From Candidatus Moanibacter sp. (GTDB lineage: Bacteria; Verrucomicrobiota; Verrucomicrobiia; Opitutales; UBA2987), in NCBI GenBank assembly GCA_965215885.1, contig CBDCEW010000097.1, forward strand, positions 64,001-128,000: DNA of 64,000 bases. Reading direction: 5' to 3'. The notes beneath the pieces were generated by a model. It ran no database searches. It saw only the letters and a list, made by a program, of their open reading frames with translations, and had not been told where the DNA came from. The translations under genes and the position numbers were made by a program. Positions 10,369-20,504 of this stretch are shown here, in pieces; within the stretch, counting starts at the first letter, position 1; every line of letters starts with the position of its first letter.

Positions 10369-11136
10369 TCACTTCTTTCCCCATGGCACCAACATTGACC
10401 GGAACCAATCCTTTGTTGCAGCGACCTTTGCTTGCTGGATCGCTCCGGCCGGATCCACGTCCTTTGGGCATACTCGCGTGCAATCGTCCACGAATGTGCA
10501 TTTCCAGATTCCTTCATGACCGAAGATCACCTCCGCCCGCTCGTCCGCGGCGCCGTCACGTGAGTCAAGGTTGTAGCGCTGAGCGAGGGCAATGGCTGCC
10601 GGTCCGATGAATTCCGAATCATGGCCGAACACGGGACAAGCAGAATAGCAAAGCATGCAGTTGATGCACATACTGAACTGTTTGTAGTGGGCCAATTCGG
10701 CCGGTGTTTGCAGATATTCTCCTTCAGAAACGGGCTTTTCCTCCTTTGGCACCAACCACGCCTTAACCTCCTCGAGCTTGCCCATGAAGTCGTCCATGTT
10801 GATCACGAGATCGCGGATGACGGGAAAATGACTCAGAGGCTCGACTCGAATCGGGTTGGGATAGTAGTCGCTCAGGAATGCTGCGCAGGTTAGCTTCGGT
10901 TCGCCGTTGACCATCATCCCACAACTGCCGCACACGCCCATCCGGCAGGACCAGCGGTAGCTGAGCGTGCCGTCGAGCTCGTCCTTAATGTAATTCAATG
11001 CGTCCAGAACGACCCAATCAGCGCGGTAGGGGACCGCGTAACGCTGGAAGGTGGCTTCCTCTTCCTGATCCGGCCGATAACGAAAGACTTCCAACTCGAT
11101 CATGGGCTTAGTCTGGTTCGTCTTACTTGCTTCCAT
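10369..11136 (-). CDS. frdB: Fumarate reductase iron-sulfur subunit
   Basis: [34 protein letters not shown]. Confidence 0.92.
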   Translation of the reverse strand: MEASKTNQTKPMIELEVFRYRPDQEEEATFQRYAVPYRADWVVLDALNYIKDELDGTLSYRWSCRMGVCGSCGMMVNGEPKLTCAAFLSDYYPNPIRVEPLSHFPVIRDLVINMDDFMGKLEEVKAWLVPKEEKPVSEGEYLQTPAELAHYKQFSMCINCMLCYSACPVFGHDSEFIGPAAIALAQRYNLDSRDGAADERAEVIFGHEGIWKCTFVDDCTRVCPKDVDPAGAIQQAKVAATKDWFRSMLVPWGKK

Positions 11137-12883
11137 AGACTCGTTCTCCAGGCGGCCAACGGGTGATGACCACTTCCTGATATTCGATGCGTGGGTCGCC
11201 CTCAGTCCGATAGGCGAGCGAATGTTTCAGGAACCGCTCGTCGTCACGCTCGGGGTAATCAGTGCGCTGGTGGGAACCGCGAGACTCGGTGCGCGCCAGA
11301 GCGCTGTGAGCCAGCGCCTCCGCCACGTCTAACATAGTTTCCAGCTCCAGGGCCATGGTCAGTTCCGTATTGAAGGTCAGGCTGTGATCCGCCAGCTCGA
11401 TCTGGTGGAACCGTTTCTTCAGCTCTCGAATCTTATCACAGTTGGCCCGCAATGATTCCTCGCTTCGGTAGATACCCGCCCCGCTTTCCATAGCATCAGT
11501 CAGTTCCCCGCGCAGCCCGGCAATCGATTCTTTACCACGCCCGGGTTGGAAGAATTCTTGTCGAATTCGCCGCTGTTCTTCTTCCGCCTGGGCGGTGATC
11601 TCTTGTTTGGCAATATTGCCAGCCTGCACGCCAAAGCGAACGGCCGCCCGAGCCGCCCGTGCACCGAACACTAACAGTTCAGTGAGCGAATTCGAACCCA
11701 GGCGATTGGCCCCGTTGATGCTCACGCACGCGCATTCGCCAGCCGCAAACAATCCCGGCAGCAGCGTTTCACCTTCAATGTTCGTGTCTACGCCGCCCAT
11801 CAAGTAGTGAACCACCGGCCGCACCGGAATGAGTTCGTTCACGGGATCAATGCCCACGTAATTCCGACACAACTCGCGCACAAACGGCACTTTCTTGTCG
11901 ATATTCTTTTCGCCCATGTGCCTGATGTCCAGGTGCACGTAATCGCCGAACTCTCCCGGGATTGTGCCCCCCTTTTGCCGTTCCTTCTCAAAGGCCTGTG
12001 ACAATCGGTCCCGTGGTCCCAGCTCCATCGACAGTTTCAGCGGGTGTTTCGGATCCTGGACATCCAGCGGTTGGCCTAAATCGTAATCCTGCAGGTAGCG
12101 GTAACCGTCTTTGTTGATCAAGATACCACCTTCGCCTCGCGAAGCCTCAGTGATCAGTATTCCCGTACCCGGCAGACCGGTGGGATGATACTGCACGAAT
12201 TCCATATCCTTCAATGGAACGCCAACCCGATAGGCCAAAGCCATTCCGTCACCGGTTTTGATTCCCGCGTTGGTAGTGAAAGGAAAGATCCGCCCCGCTC
12301 CCCCCGTGCAGAGGATTGTCCCTTTCCCGGCGATAGCCCGGATTTGGCCAGTGCGCAACTCCAGTGCCGCAACCCCCTGACACCATCCGTCGTGAACCAG
12401 CAGCTTGGTGGCAAACCATTCGTCGTAGCGCGTGACGTTGTTATACTTTAAGAGCGTCTGAAACAGCGCGTGAAGCATGTGAAACCCAGTCTTGTCGGCG
12501 GCAAACCAGGTTCGTTCGATCTTCATGCCGCCGAAGGGCCGCACCGCTACCGTTCCATCAGGATCGCGACTCCAGGGACAGCCCCAGTGTTCCAGTTGGA
12601 CCATTTCTCGAGGAGCCTCGTTGACGAACACCTCTACAGCGTCCTGGTCAGCCAGCCAATCCGAGCCCGAAATCGTGTCGTAGATGTGGTCCTCGAGGCT
12701 GTCGTTTGGCTTGATGACCGCGGCGGCCCCACCTTCAGCGGCCACCGTGTGTGAGCGCATCGGATATACTTTTGAAACGACACCTACACTTAGATTCGGG
12801 TTTTCCTCCCCGATCGCGATGGCCGCGCGCAAACCGGCCCCTCCGCCACCCACAATCAATATATCGTGGCTTAGCAATTCCAC
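11123..12883 (-). CDS. frdA: Fumarate reductase flavoprotein subunit
   Basis: [16 protein letters not shown] (covalent FAD His), [27 protein letters not shown] start. Confidence 0.93.
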   Translation of the reverse strand: MELLSHDILIVGGGGAGLRAAIAIGEENPNLSVGVVSKVYPMRSHTVAAEGGAAAVIKPNDSLEDHIYDTISGSDWLADQDAVEVFVNEAPREMVQLEHWGCPWSRDPDGTVAVRPFGGMKIERTWFAADKTGFHMLHALFQTLLKYNNVTRYDEWFATKLLVHDGWCQGVAALELRTGQIRAIAGKGTILCTGGAGRIFPFTTNAGIKTGDGMALAYRVGVPLKDMEFVQYHPTGLPGTGILITEASRGEGGILINKDGYRYLQDYDLGQPLDVQDPKHPLKLSMELGPRDRLSQAFEKERQKGGTIPGEFGDYVHLDIRHMGEKNIDKKVPFVRELCRNYVGIDPVNELIPVRPVVHYLMGGVDTNIEGETLLPGLFAAGECACVSINGANRLGSNSLTELLVFGARAARAAVRFGVQAGNIAKQEITAQAEEEQRRIRQEFFQPGRGKESIAGLRGELTDAMESGAGIYRSEESLRANCDKIRELKKRFHQIELADHSLTFNTELTMALELETMLDVAEALAHSALARTESRGSHQRTDYPERDDERFLKHSLAYRTEGDPRIEYQEVVITRWPPGERVYGSK

Positions 12884-13359
12884 CGCTGGGGTCTACCTCG
12901 AGATTTCATTCTTATGAAATGGCCTCACTCCGCATTGCATGATCGCAGATACATTTCCTAGAAAGCACGGCCGGATGACGATTTCAAGATCCATCTTCGG
13001 CAGGAAATCAATGAAGCCGACGACGATCAGAGCACAATGCTCCCTGACTGGGCGAAGATACCCGCTCAATGGGAGAAATCCGCTGTCGAATCCCAACGCG
13101 AGGCGGAGCTTCGCGTCCAGGTCCCCCCACGTTCTTCTCCATGCGATTCGCCCTCGCTTGTCGGCCCTGGCCATAACGTTTAGTATATAGGTAGACTGAA
13201 CGCACTACCCATTAGGTTCATTGAACAAAATACTGAATTATCAGTGGGAACAGGATAATCTCTTGGTACCAGCAATCAGGTGTTTAACCCGTTAGGATGC
13301 ACCTCATTTTATAGCTGCGTTTATGCTGCCTAATGCGAAGATTTAGTGCAATCTAATCT

Positions 13360-13456
13360 TTTAATCGCTTCGGGTTTAATTCCCCGAAGCTTGCTTCGTT
13401 TCTAATTCATAAAGTCTAATATCAAATGCCTCGGGGCTTGCCCCGAGGATCTTTAC
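13360..13456 (-). mobile_element. IS200/IS605-like palindrome-associated mini element (two ends, no transposase)
   Basis: Hairpins cctcggggcttgccccgagg and cgaagcttgcttcg separated by a short AT-rich spacer; resembles subterminal palindromes of HUH-transposase IS. Confidence 0.55.
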
Positions 13457-13513
13457 TGAACGCAGAGTCGATTTACGACGCATCCCGCCTCGCTATCGCG
13501 AAATTGCTGAGCA

Positions 13514-13792
13514 GTGGGACTCGAGGATCAGATCGGCTCCATCGAAGAGGGAAAACGCGCCGACATCATCCTCATCGGCCGAATCGGTTTGCACAATCAA
13601 CCCATGGTTGAGTGCAACCCGTATGTTCAGCTCGTCTACCAACACCGCTCCAGCGATGTGGATACCGTCATTGTCGATGGGAGCGTAGTCTACAGCTTTG
13701 GTGAACTATCAAAATTGGACACCGAAGAGGTGCGAATCCAGGTGAACAAATCCATCGAGCGTGTGCTTAAACGGGCGAATTTACGCGGGTAA
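13514..13792 (+). pseudogene. C-terminal remnant of an amidohydrolase
   Basis: GLEDQIGSIEEGKRADII ... DVDTVIVDG; N-terminal domains absent. Confidence 0.75.
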
Positions 13793-13948
13793 CCCGTGGT
13801 CGATCCTCCGTTTATCAGGAATCGGCTGATCCGACCGTAGGACCGCGCTCTGCCGTAGGGCAGAGAGCGTGGCTTGCCGAAACCCGCTTTTCAAAGCCAT
13901 TCTGGAAGTTCGCCGCAACCGTCACCAGGGTGCTTGCAAGGACAGCCA

Positions 13949-15187
13949 TCATCTCACAAGTCTGGTCCGGCGCTTTGTATACTTCCGGATCACGCCTTCA
14001 TCGAGTTTGACGGGCTCCTCTTTCATACAATCGACAATGCCACGCTTACTCATTTCCAGATAGGGGCTCACAATATCGGATTCCAGGTAATTCTGGGGCG
14101 GGCTAAGATCATGGATCGTGGTCGAGGGAAGGCGACTGGCATAACGCAAGCTCGCCCTCCGTCCGACCCCGGTTTCGAACATACCTCCAATCCAGGCAGG
14201 GAGTTTCCTCGCAGCGCAATAATCCATAATTGCCAAAGTCTCCAACATACCGCCGACTCTGCCTGGTTTTATATTCACTTCGTCAACAGCGCCCAAAAGG
14301 TGCGCTGTATTCAGATCACCTAAACCGCTAATACTCTCGTCAAGGCAGATCCTAATAGAGGGGTATCTTTCTTTCAGAGCGACGCACCAATCCAAACAGT
14401 CAGAGGGAAACGGCTGTTCGACGACGATCGGACGTAAGGCGGCGAGCTCCTTGAGGATATGCCCGTCACTTTCACGCAGCGAACCGTTGGCATCGAAACC
14501 GAGAGGAGCATCAGGATAGGCTTCGCGCAGTTCCATTAGAATATTGATATCCGTTCTGTTCGCGAGTTTCAGTTTTATCCTGCGGCAACCAGCAGCGACC
14601 GCTTCTCCAACTTGAGAAATTGCCGCCCCCCGATCCGTGAACTCACTGAGGACAACTCCCACGGAGACTTCCTCTACACGTCTAACAGGCCAACAATCGA
14701 GTGGATCATCCCCTCCCCTACGCCGGATCAGGTCGCATAGCGAATCGAAGAGCGCCCCAATAGCGAACCTCCAGCCTCTTATCTCGTTAAAAACCTGAAT
14801 GATTTGGCCTACTGAACTTCGTTGAGGTAATCTGGGAAACAGTTGGTCTTCGATCAGCACGACCGCGCCTCTCAAGTATTCGGACGTGTAGCTTGGCTCC
14901 TCCCAGCAGGCACACTCCGCAATTCCCCAATTGTCTTCGACGTCATTCCAGCGGATCAGTAGTGTTCGCCTCTCATTGCTATTCGATATAGCGGAACGGT
15001 GTGCCTCCCGACGAGGAATACTGAGCTCACGAATCTCGAGGGATTTGAGGGAGACTTCCCTTGCGAGGAATTCCTCTAAGAAACCAACGAAAACCTCATC
15101 CCGACATTTCAAAAGGCTTTCCAAAGCCCTCGTGGATGATCGTTTATCCATTGCCTTCAAGAATGATCGGAAAACCCACCCTCGCAA
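13949..15187 (-). CDS. Enolase superfamily o-succinylbenzoate synthase / N-acylamino acid racemase-like protein (start uncertain)
   Basis: KLK, DAN, EQP, DES, NIKPGRVGG, WIGGMFETG. Confidence 0.8.
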   Translation of the reverse strand: MRGWVFRSFLKAMDKRSSTRALESLLKCRDEVFVGFLEEFLAREVSLKSLEIRELSIPRREAHRSAISNSNERRTLLIRWNDVEDNWGIAECACWEEPSYTSEYLRGAVVLIEDQLFPRLPQRSSVGQIIQVFNEIRGWRFAIGALFDSLCDLIRRRGGDDPLDCWPVRRVEEVSVGVVLSEFTDRGAAISQVGEAVAAGCRRIKLKLANRTDINILMELREAYPDAPLGFDANGSLRESDGHILKELAALRPIVVEQPFPSDCLDWCVALKERYPSIRICLDESISGLGDLNTAHLLGAVDEVNIKPGRVGGMLETLAIMDYCAARKLPAWIGGMFETGVGRRASLRYASRLPSTTIHDLSPPQNYLESDIVSPYLEMSKRGIVDCMKEEPVKLDEGVIRKYTKRRTRLVR

Positions 15188-15319
15188 GCTGTACCGCGAT
15201 GGAAGTTTCAGTCAGCAACGAATGAATGGAGAGCAACGAATAGGAAGAGGGTTCCCCAAGGGATACGACAGGACTTCGACGAGACAGTCGAGTCGCTCGC
15301 CGCAAGTGGATTAGGAAAG

Positions 15320-15390
15320 AGCATCGAACGCTGAACGTCCAACATCGAAGTAAAGAACTTCGGCGTTCGATGTTCGATCTTCAATTCTTT
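15320..15390. repeat. Inverted arrays of degenerate heptamers
   Basis: atcgaac gctgaac gtccaac atcgaag facing gttcgat gttcgat. Confidence 0.5.
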
Positions 15391-15407
15391 GTCCTACGAG
15401 TTTGGCT

Positions 15408-16307
15408 TTAGGTATCCAGCGCCTCTTTCGCCGCCGCCTCCATGATGTCCGCCGGCACCGCGCCCTGACTCCATATCTCAAGCGCCCGCGCTCCCTGCCA
15501 AACAAGCATCGATAAACCGTTAGCCGCTCTCAACCCACGGTCTAAAGCCGTGCGAACGAGCGACGTCTCGTCCTGATGGTAAACCATATCGAAAACCTTT
15601 AGATCCTTGCCAATTTTCCCGAGTGCAATGGGTGCCGGATCTCCACTCTTGAGTCCCAGGGAGGTCGAGTTGATCAGTATTCCCTTGAATTCGAGCGTGT
15701 CCTGCGGGCTCTGCAGGTCGAAACCGCAAATTTCTGAAACACCATATTGCTCTTTCAGATCCCTCAGTAAATCGTTCAATCTATCCTGGCTGCGATTTCC
15801 AATTTTCAGCGAGCGACAACCGCTTTCCAAACACTGAACGGCCGCGGCGCGAGCGGCGCCGCCTGCCCCTAAGAGAATCACCTCCGAATCTTTGAGATCG
15901 ACATCCAGATCGCACTTCATAGCCCGCTCCAATCCGAATCCGTCTGTGTTGGTGCCCCAATATCCGTTCTCCTTCCATACCAGGGTATTCGCGGCGCCGA
16001 TCCTTCTGGCGGCGTCGTCGACCTCATTTACAAGACCCAGAATATCAACCTTATGAGGGAGCGTAAGATTGAGCCCCACAAATCGCTTTTTGTGAAAGAG
16101 AGCCGCTGCTTCCGCCAGCCGTTCCGGCGGGACCTCGAACCGAAAATACTCCCAGTTCCGAAAACGGCTATCCCTTTCAGCCATCTTTCGAAGAGCGGCA
16201 TTGTGCATCTGCGGACTGATGGAGTGCCCGATGGGATGACCGATAACCGCCAGTGAAGTCCCCGCGAAAGCCCACTTCTCCAGGTCGGCCAAATCGTAGG
16301 TAGCCAT
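15408..16307 (-). CDS. aroE: Shikimate dehydrogenase
   Basis: HSISPQMH, NLTLPHK, GAANT, NTDG, GAGGAA, GLSMLVWQG. Confidence 0.93.
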   Translation of the reverse strand: MATYDLADLEKWAFAGTSLAVIGHPIGHSISPQMHNAALRKMAERDSRFRNWEYFRFEVPPERLAEAAALFHKKRFVGLNLTLPHKVDILGLVNEVDDAARRIGAANTLVWKENGYWGTNTDGFGLERAMKCDLDVDLKDSEVILLGAGGAARAAAVQCLESGCRSLKIGNRSQDRLNDLLRDLKEQYGVSEICGFDLQSPQDTLEFKGILINSTSLGLKSGDPAPIALGKIGKDLKVFDMVYHQDETSLVRTALDRGLRAANGLSMLVWQGARALEIWSQGAVPADIMEAAAKEALDT

Positions 16308-16637
16308 TGAATCGGATAGCCTGGAAATTCCTTGAAGATTCTTTTTGAAGAAAATGAAACTGAATTATGGGTCCAAATGACTCACTTTACCCGTTTCAAA
16401 TAATCAACCGGCAAGGAAAGCGAATGCTTTTCTCTGTCACCGTAGCATATTGGTCCTGATTTTCGCACCTTAAGCGCTCTTGAGGTTTTCTTCCACCAAG
16501 ATTCAGTTTCATTTTCTTGTTTCTAGTCCCGCTGAGCGGGATCGGAATGAAGCCGACTAACTCTTCTGAAAAAGGCATAAAGTCCGGCAGGCTGCTAGGG
16601 GTTTGCGTGCCGTTGGTAGTTCCGATCGAACTGGTCG

Positions 16638-16757
16638 AGTGCTGTCGGCAATGAGAACCCGTTCAAAGCTCCTCATGCAATTTGGAACAGCTCTGCCCAC
16701 AGGCCCAAATTCGTCTGCGTGCTCCAAACAGGTTCAACTTAAGATTCAGGCCTATTA
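16638..16757. mobile_element. Two stitched micro-fragments of the IS4 transposase at 58509-59828
   Basis: 16638-16707 is the reverse complement of 58808-58877; 16721-16757 matches 58936-58972 with 2 mismatches. Confidence 0.8.
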
Positions 16758-16771
16758 AGGTATACTGGTGG

Positions 16772-17608
16772 TTAAGATCCCTCAAACAGTCGTGCGTGGG
16801 AAAGATCGCTGCTTAAGGTATACTGGTGGTTAAGATTCATACAACATCTGCACAGCACCTCACCAACTGGAGTGGGTGCCAGATGGCAAGTCCGCGGCTT
16901 GATATTGTTCTTCGAAAGTACCTCTTTCAGTTCGTCAGCCGTCCGGAATCCGCCGCGCGCAAACGCATCAATATAAAAGGGAGTTTTTTCGAGGAAACAG
17001 CCAACCATAAAATGGCGCGGCATGGCAACCGGTTCGAGAACCAGCTCGCAGCGCTGGCCCACAAGAATATACAGTATTGATAGTGTTATCGGTATCCCCT
17101 TGCGCCGCTTCAGTAGCTGGGACAGGAAGCTATTCAGCGGATCGTAATAGTTCTCCGTATTTCCGCGAAAATCCCACTCATGGAAAATCACCCTATTGAG
17201 CACTTTGCATTTTTCCCAGGGCGAACTGGGTAAGACCATGAGTTCCCGGCATCGAGCTGCAATAGCATCAAGTGTCATACAACACTCAGATGGATCGATA
17301 TCCGGATAAACGGTGCGGTCTAATAAGAGACACCCGGTTTCGAGTTCGTAATTCAAAGAGCGAATGAATTGGACAAATCGCTTTATGGTATCGGGCCCTT
17401 CAATCTCCTCCAGATAATCCCTTGCGTGCGAGGCGAGGATGCGATTTCCGCTTCTGCCAAGTTTTTTCAGGAATTCAACCCCCAGACCCTCCAAGCGCTT
17501 TAGTTCGTCCCGTATTGCCGCCTGCACAACCGGTGAATCGTCATCCAACAATCCGATTATCGCTCTTTCTCTCTGTGCGCTGAGGATTCTTTCCGCCACA
17601 AGATTCAT
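16772..17608 (-). CDS. SirB1 / transglutaminase-like (Transglut_core2) protein; C-terminus possibly clipped
   Basis: FRGNTENYYDPLNSFL, RKGIPITLS, MPRHF, YIDAF; the stop lies inside a 24-bp duplicated segment. Confidence 0.82.
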   Translation of the reverse strand: MNLVAERILSAQRERAIIGLLDDDSPVVQAAIRDELKRLEGLGVEFLKKLGRSGNRILASHARDYLEEIEGPDTIKRFVQFIRSLNYELETGCLLLDRTVYPDIDPSECCMTLDAIAARCRELMVLPSSPWEKCKVLNRVIFHEWDFRGNTENYYDPLNSFLSQLLKRRKGIPITLSILYILVGQRCELVLEPVAMPRHFMVGCFLEKTPFYIDAFARGGFRTADELKEVLSKNNIKPRTCHLAPTPVGEVLCRCCMNLNHQYTLSSDLSHARLFEGS

Positions 17609-17704
17609 TGAAGCTATTTTAATGCCTTGGGCAATCCTCAATTCGAATATTTATGAAGACTCTCCGTCCCGGCGGGCCGGAGGACGTGTCTAGCGTGCCT
17701 TTGA

Positions 17705-17750
17705 TTGCTGGCTGCCCCGGTCTTGTGCCGGGGTGGCGCGCGTTCCCTGC
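17705..17750. repeat. REP-like hairpin CCCCGG-N7-CCGGGG between convergent neighbours (unoccupied target)
   Basis: gctgccccggtcttgtgccggggtggcgcgcg; reverse complement copy at about 57610-57648. Confidence 0.7.
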
Positions 17751-17775
17751 TATAAACCGTGTGCCTCTACCAAGA

Positions 17776-18474
17776 TCAACCCGGCCTCGCTCCGAAAAGC
17801 GCTGTTCCTACCCGCAGGCAGGTGCTACCCGCCTTAACCGCCTCCTCCACATCACCGGTCATACCCATCGATAACTGCGGGAGCAGCACCTGGTATTTGC
17901 TCGCAAGACTGTCTCGCAGCTCTCGCAGACGTCGGAAAGCTGCCGCCGCTACACTTGAATCTTCGTCTAAAGGTGCGATCGTCATAAAACCCTCCACTCG
18001 CAAGTGTGTGAAACATAGAGCGGCCTTAAGAAGATCGGGCGCTTCTTCGCAGCTAACGCCCTGTTTCTTTGGATCATCGCCCGCATTTACTTGAAGCAAT
18101 ATTGGTAGAACCTTACCATCCTCGCCACAGTAACGGTCCAGGGTCCGCAAGAGTTTGATACGATCGACGGACTGAATACGGTCGAACAGAGAAACCGCCA
18201 TTCGTGCCTTATTCGACTGCAGATATCCGATCATCTCCCACCGAATCGCGGCGTCGCATTCCTTCTTCTTCGCATACGCTTCCTGCACCCGGTTCTCCCC
18301 AATACTCTTTAGTCCGTATCTCGAGGCAAACTCAACAGCCTGAGCGGAATGAGCCTTAGTAACGGCCAGCAGTTCAACCTCGTCAGGATCTCGGCCACAG
18401 GATCGACAAACATGGGCAACTCGAGCTTTAAGCGCGTTTGCCCTTTCTGCGAATTTGCTGTAGCTGAGTTTCAT
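17776..18474 (-). CDS. yggS: YggS family PLP homeostasis protein
   Basis: LAVTK, GENRVQE, IGYLQSNK, LSMGMTGD, GSTCLRVGTALFG. Confidence 0.92.
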   Translation of the reverse strand: MKLSYSKFAERANALKARVAHVCRSCGRDPDEVELLAVTKAHSAQAVEFASRYGLKSIGENRVQEAYAKKKECDAAIRWEMIGYLQSNKARMAVSLFDRIQSVDRIKLLRTLDRYCGEDGKVLPILLQVNAGDDPKKQGVSCEEAPDLLKAALCFTHLRVEGFMTIAPLDEDSSVAAAAFRRLRELRDSLASKYQVLLPQLSMGMTGDVEEAVKAGSTCLRVGTALFGARPG

Positions 18475-18596
18475 AACCGGTGCGTTATTAAACTCTTCAG
18501 ATGCGTTGGGAAAGAATTTCCGAGAGGCCGTTAGGAAGACCGGCCCCAAGCCCAGCGAATCTGAAGTCGGATCATGGCGAAAATGTGATACACGTC

Positions 18597-18625
18597 TTGC
18601 AAATTCGCTTTCCCCTTTCTATATT
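18597..18625 (+). promoter_or_regulatory. Putative sigma70 promoter for the metal-efflux cluster
   Basis: TTGCAA-17 nt-TATATT upstream of 18636. Confidence 0.45.
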
Positions 18626-18635
18626 CTAATTTCCA

Positions 18636-19043
18636 ATGGCGGATTGTCTACGTAATTCGATCGCGGTTACCTTGATCACGGCTTTTAGCTACCCTCTTTG
18701 TTGCTGTCTAGGACAATCCACTATTCAGACTGTTTCTCAAAGCGAAGTGGAAGAGGGTTCTTCCCACCCCTGTTGCGATTTCCCGATTGAGGATCCTGGA
18801 AAAGACGACCAGAGTCCCGAAACGTGTCCCCATAATGACGCGGATCCTCTTTATTCGATCTCGAAAAAATCGGATGAGATTGCGAAACCCGCGCTTTCCA
18901 CAATGACGCATCGGACATTTCGCGAGGCATCTAGGCTTGTCGAATTACCGGTCTCTCTCCAAGCAAAATATAGCCGGCGAAGAGACCAATTGCGAACACC
19001 GAACCTGTCGTTTCAACAGGTATACTGTGTCTACATAATTTGA
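18636..19043 (+). CDS. Cys/His-rich putative metal-binding protein preceding the RND operon
   Basis: Signal-like N-terminus, CCC, HPCC, CPH and terminal YCVYII. Confidence 0.65.
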   Translation: MADCLRNSIAVTLITAFSYPLCCCLGQSTIQTVSQSEVEEGSSHPCCDFPIEDPGKDDQSPETCPHNDADPLYSISKKSDEIAKPALSTMTHRTFREASRLVELPVSLQAKYSRRRDQLRTPNLSFQQVYCVYII

Positions 19044-19064
19044 GGCGACAACGGTCTCCCCTCA

Positions 19065-19130
19065 GTAGCAGCTTGTCGGACTTAAGCCCTTCCTCAGTAG
19101 GTTTACTCGGTTTTCGTCCGACAGGCCGTA
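19065..19130. mobile_element. Degenerate short MITE (GCAGCCTGTCGGA-type ends)
   Basis: tagcagcttgtcggact ... gtccgacaggc; homologous to 51148-51215. Confidence 0.55.
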
Positions 19131-19164
19131 TTTACCAATCCTCAATCATCAGCGAAGAAGACCA

Positions 19165-20502
19165 ATGGACACAGTAAAAAAACATGATACTTGCTCGAAC
19201 CGCAGGCCTCGGCGCCGCTATCGGGCTCCCTCTATCGCTTCTATCTTGATTTTGGTATCAGGGTTGCCCACGGAAGCAGAGCGCTCACCCTCCTTTTTCG
19301 AAGAGACGATCGAACTTCCAACCGAACCGTCTTTAAAGGATTACATTGCCTACGGCACCCATCGCAATGCGAGGCTACAAGCAACCTATCTCGAGTACTC
19401 GGCCGCGTCCCAGCGCATCATTCAAGCAAAGGCGCTACCCGACCCGGTAATGCGCATAACTCACTTCATCGAGGCTATTCAAACCAGGACCGGTCCACAG
19501 GAAAATCAATTCTCGCTCACTCAGACGATTCCCTTGTTTGGTAAGCTTCACACAAGAGTATCCATCGCCAGTGAAGAGGCGAAGTCATTCTGGTGGCGCT
19601 TTGCCGAAGAAAAGCTCCAGCTTATCCGGCAAATTGAGACGCTCTATTACGAGTACGCATATCTTGGAAAGGCAATAACGATCAATCGCAAAAGCCTCGA
19701 GTTGCTTCAAACGATCGAACCAATCGTCGAAGAGCGTCTACGCACCGGGGGCGACCTTAACTCCCTCCTGCGCCTGCAGGTGGAAATCGGAAGGACGGAC
19801 GACGCGCTCCGATTGTTGGAGAAGGATGGACCCGTTCTGAAGGTTGAGTTTAACGTTCTTCTCAATCGCGATATGGAAGCCCCTCTTCCCTGGCCTAAGA
19901 TGGCCGAAGATATATCAAATACTGCACTACCATACGCCACCTGGTTAAAAGTAAGAGAGAGGAACCCAAAGCTCGTTAATCTTCGGCATCGACGTGAAGC
20001 CGGCGACTTTGGCACCAAACTCGCACGCCTGCAGAGATTTCCCGATCTCACCCTTGGGTTCAATTACCTTCAAACGGGAAGCTCTTTCATTCCAGGAACA
20101 CGAAATAGTGGAGAAGATCCATTGGGTTTCACCTTCGCTTTTAACCTCCCTCTCTGGAGGGGAAAATACAGGGCTGCCGAACTGGAGGCAAGAAACTCCT
20201 CAGACGCAACCGCATCGCTCCTCCAAGACACCGAAAACCAACTCTATGCCGACTACAAAGATATCGTGGAGAGCCTGACTAATAACGCGAGGCGAATCTC
20301 TCTCTACGGCCAGGATCTCCTTCCCAAAGCTCACCAAGCCCTGGAATTGACGGGCGCGGATTACCGCTCCGGCCGAGCCACCTTACTGGAGTATATCGAC
20401 AGCCAACGGTCTCTTCTCGATTTGGAACTGATCTATTGGCGCGTCATGACCGATTACCGTGTCAATTACGCAAGACTCAAAGCGCTCTATACGGAGGACT
20501 AA
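19165..20502 (+). CDS. TolC/CusC family outer-membrane efflux protein
   Basis: ALPDP, QTIPLFGK, RFPDLTLG, NLPLW, YRSG..LLE repeats. Confidence 0.88.
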   Translation: MDTVKKHDTCSNRRPRRRYRAPSIASILILVSGLPTEAERSPSFFEETIELPTEPSLKDYIAYGTHRNARLQATYLEYSAASQRIIQAKALPDPVMRITHFIEAIQTRTGPQENQFSLTQTIPLFGKLHTRVSIASEEAKSFWWRFAEEKLQLIRQIETLYYEYAYLGKAITINRKSLELLQTIEPIVEERLRTGGDLNSLLRLQVEIGRTDDALRLLEKDGPVLKVEFNVLLNRDMEAPLPWPKMAEDISNTALPYATWLKVRERNPKLVNLRHRREAGDFGTKLARLQRFPDLTLGFNYLQTGSSFIPGTRNSGEDPLGFTFAFNLPLWRGKYRAAELEARNSSDATASLLQDTENQLYADYKDIVESLTNNARRISLYGQDLLPKAHQALELTGADYRSGRATLLEYIDSQRSLLDLELIYWRVMTDYRVNYARLKALYTED

Positions 20503-20504
20503 CG

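Noticed and set aside
16755..16836. 24-bp direct repeats 34 bp apart, resembling a minimal CRISPR
   Set aside because: Only two copies, one inside a coding gene; no cas genes or leader; better explained as a local duplication
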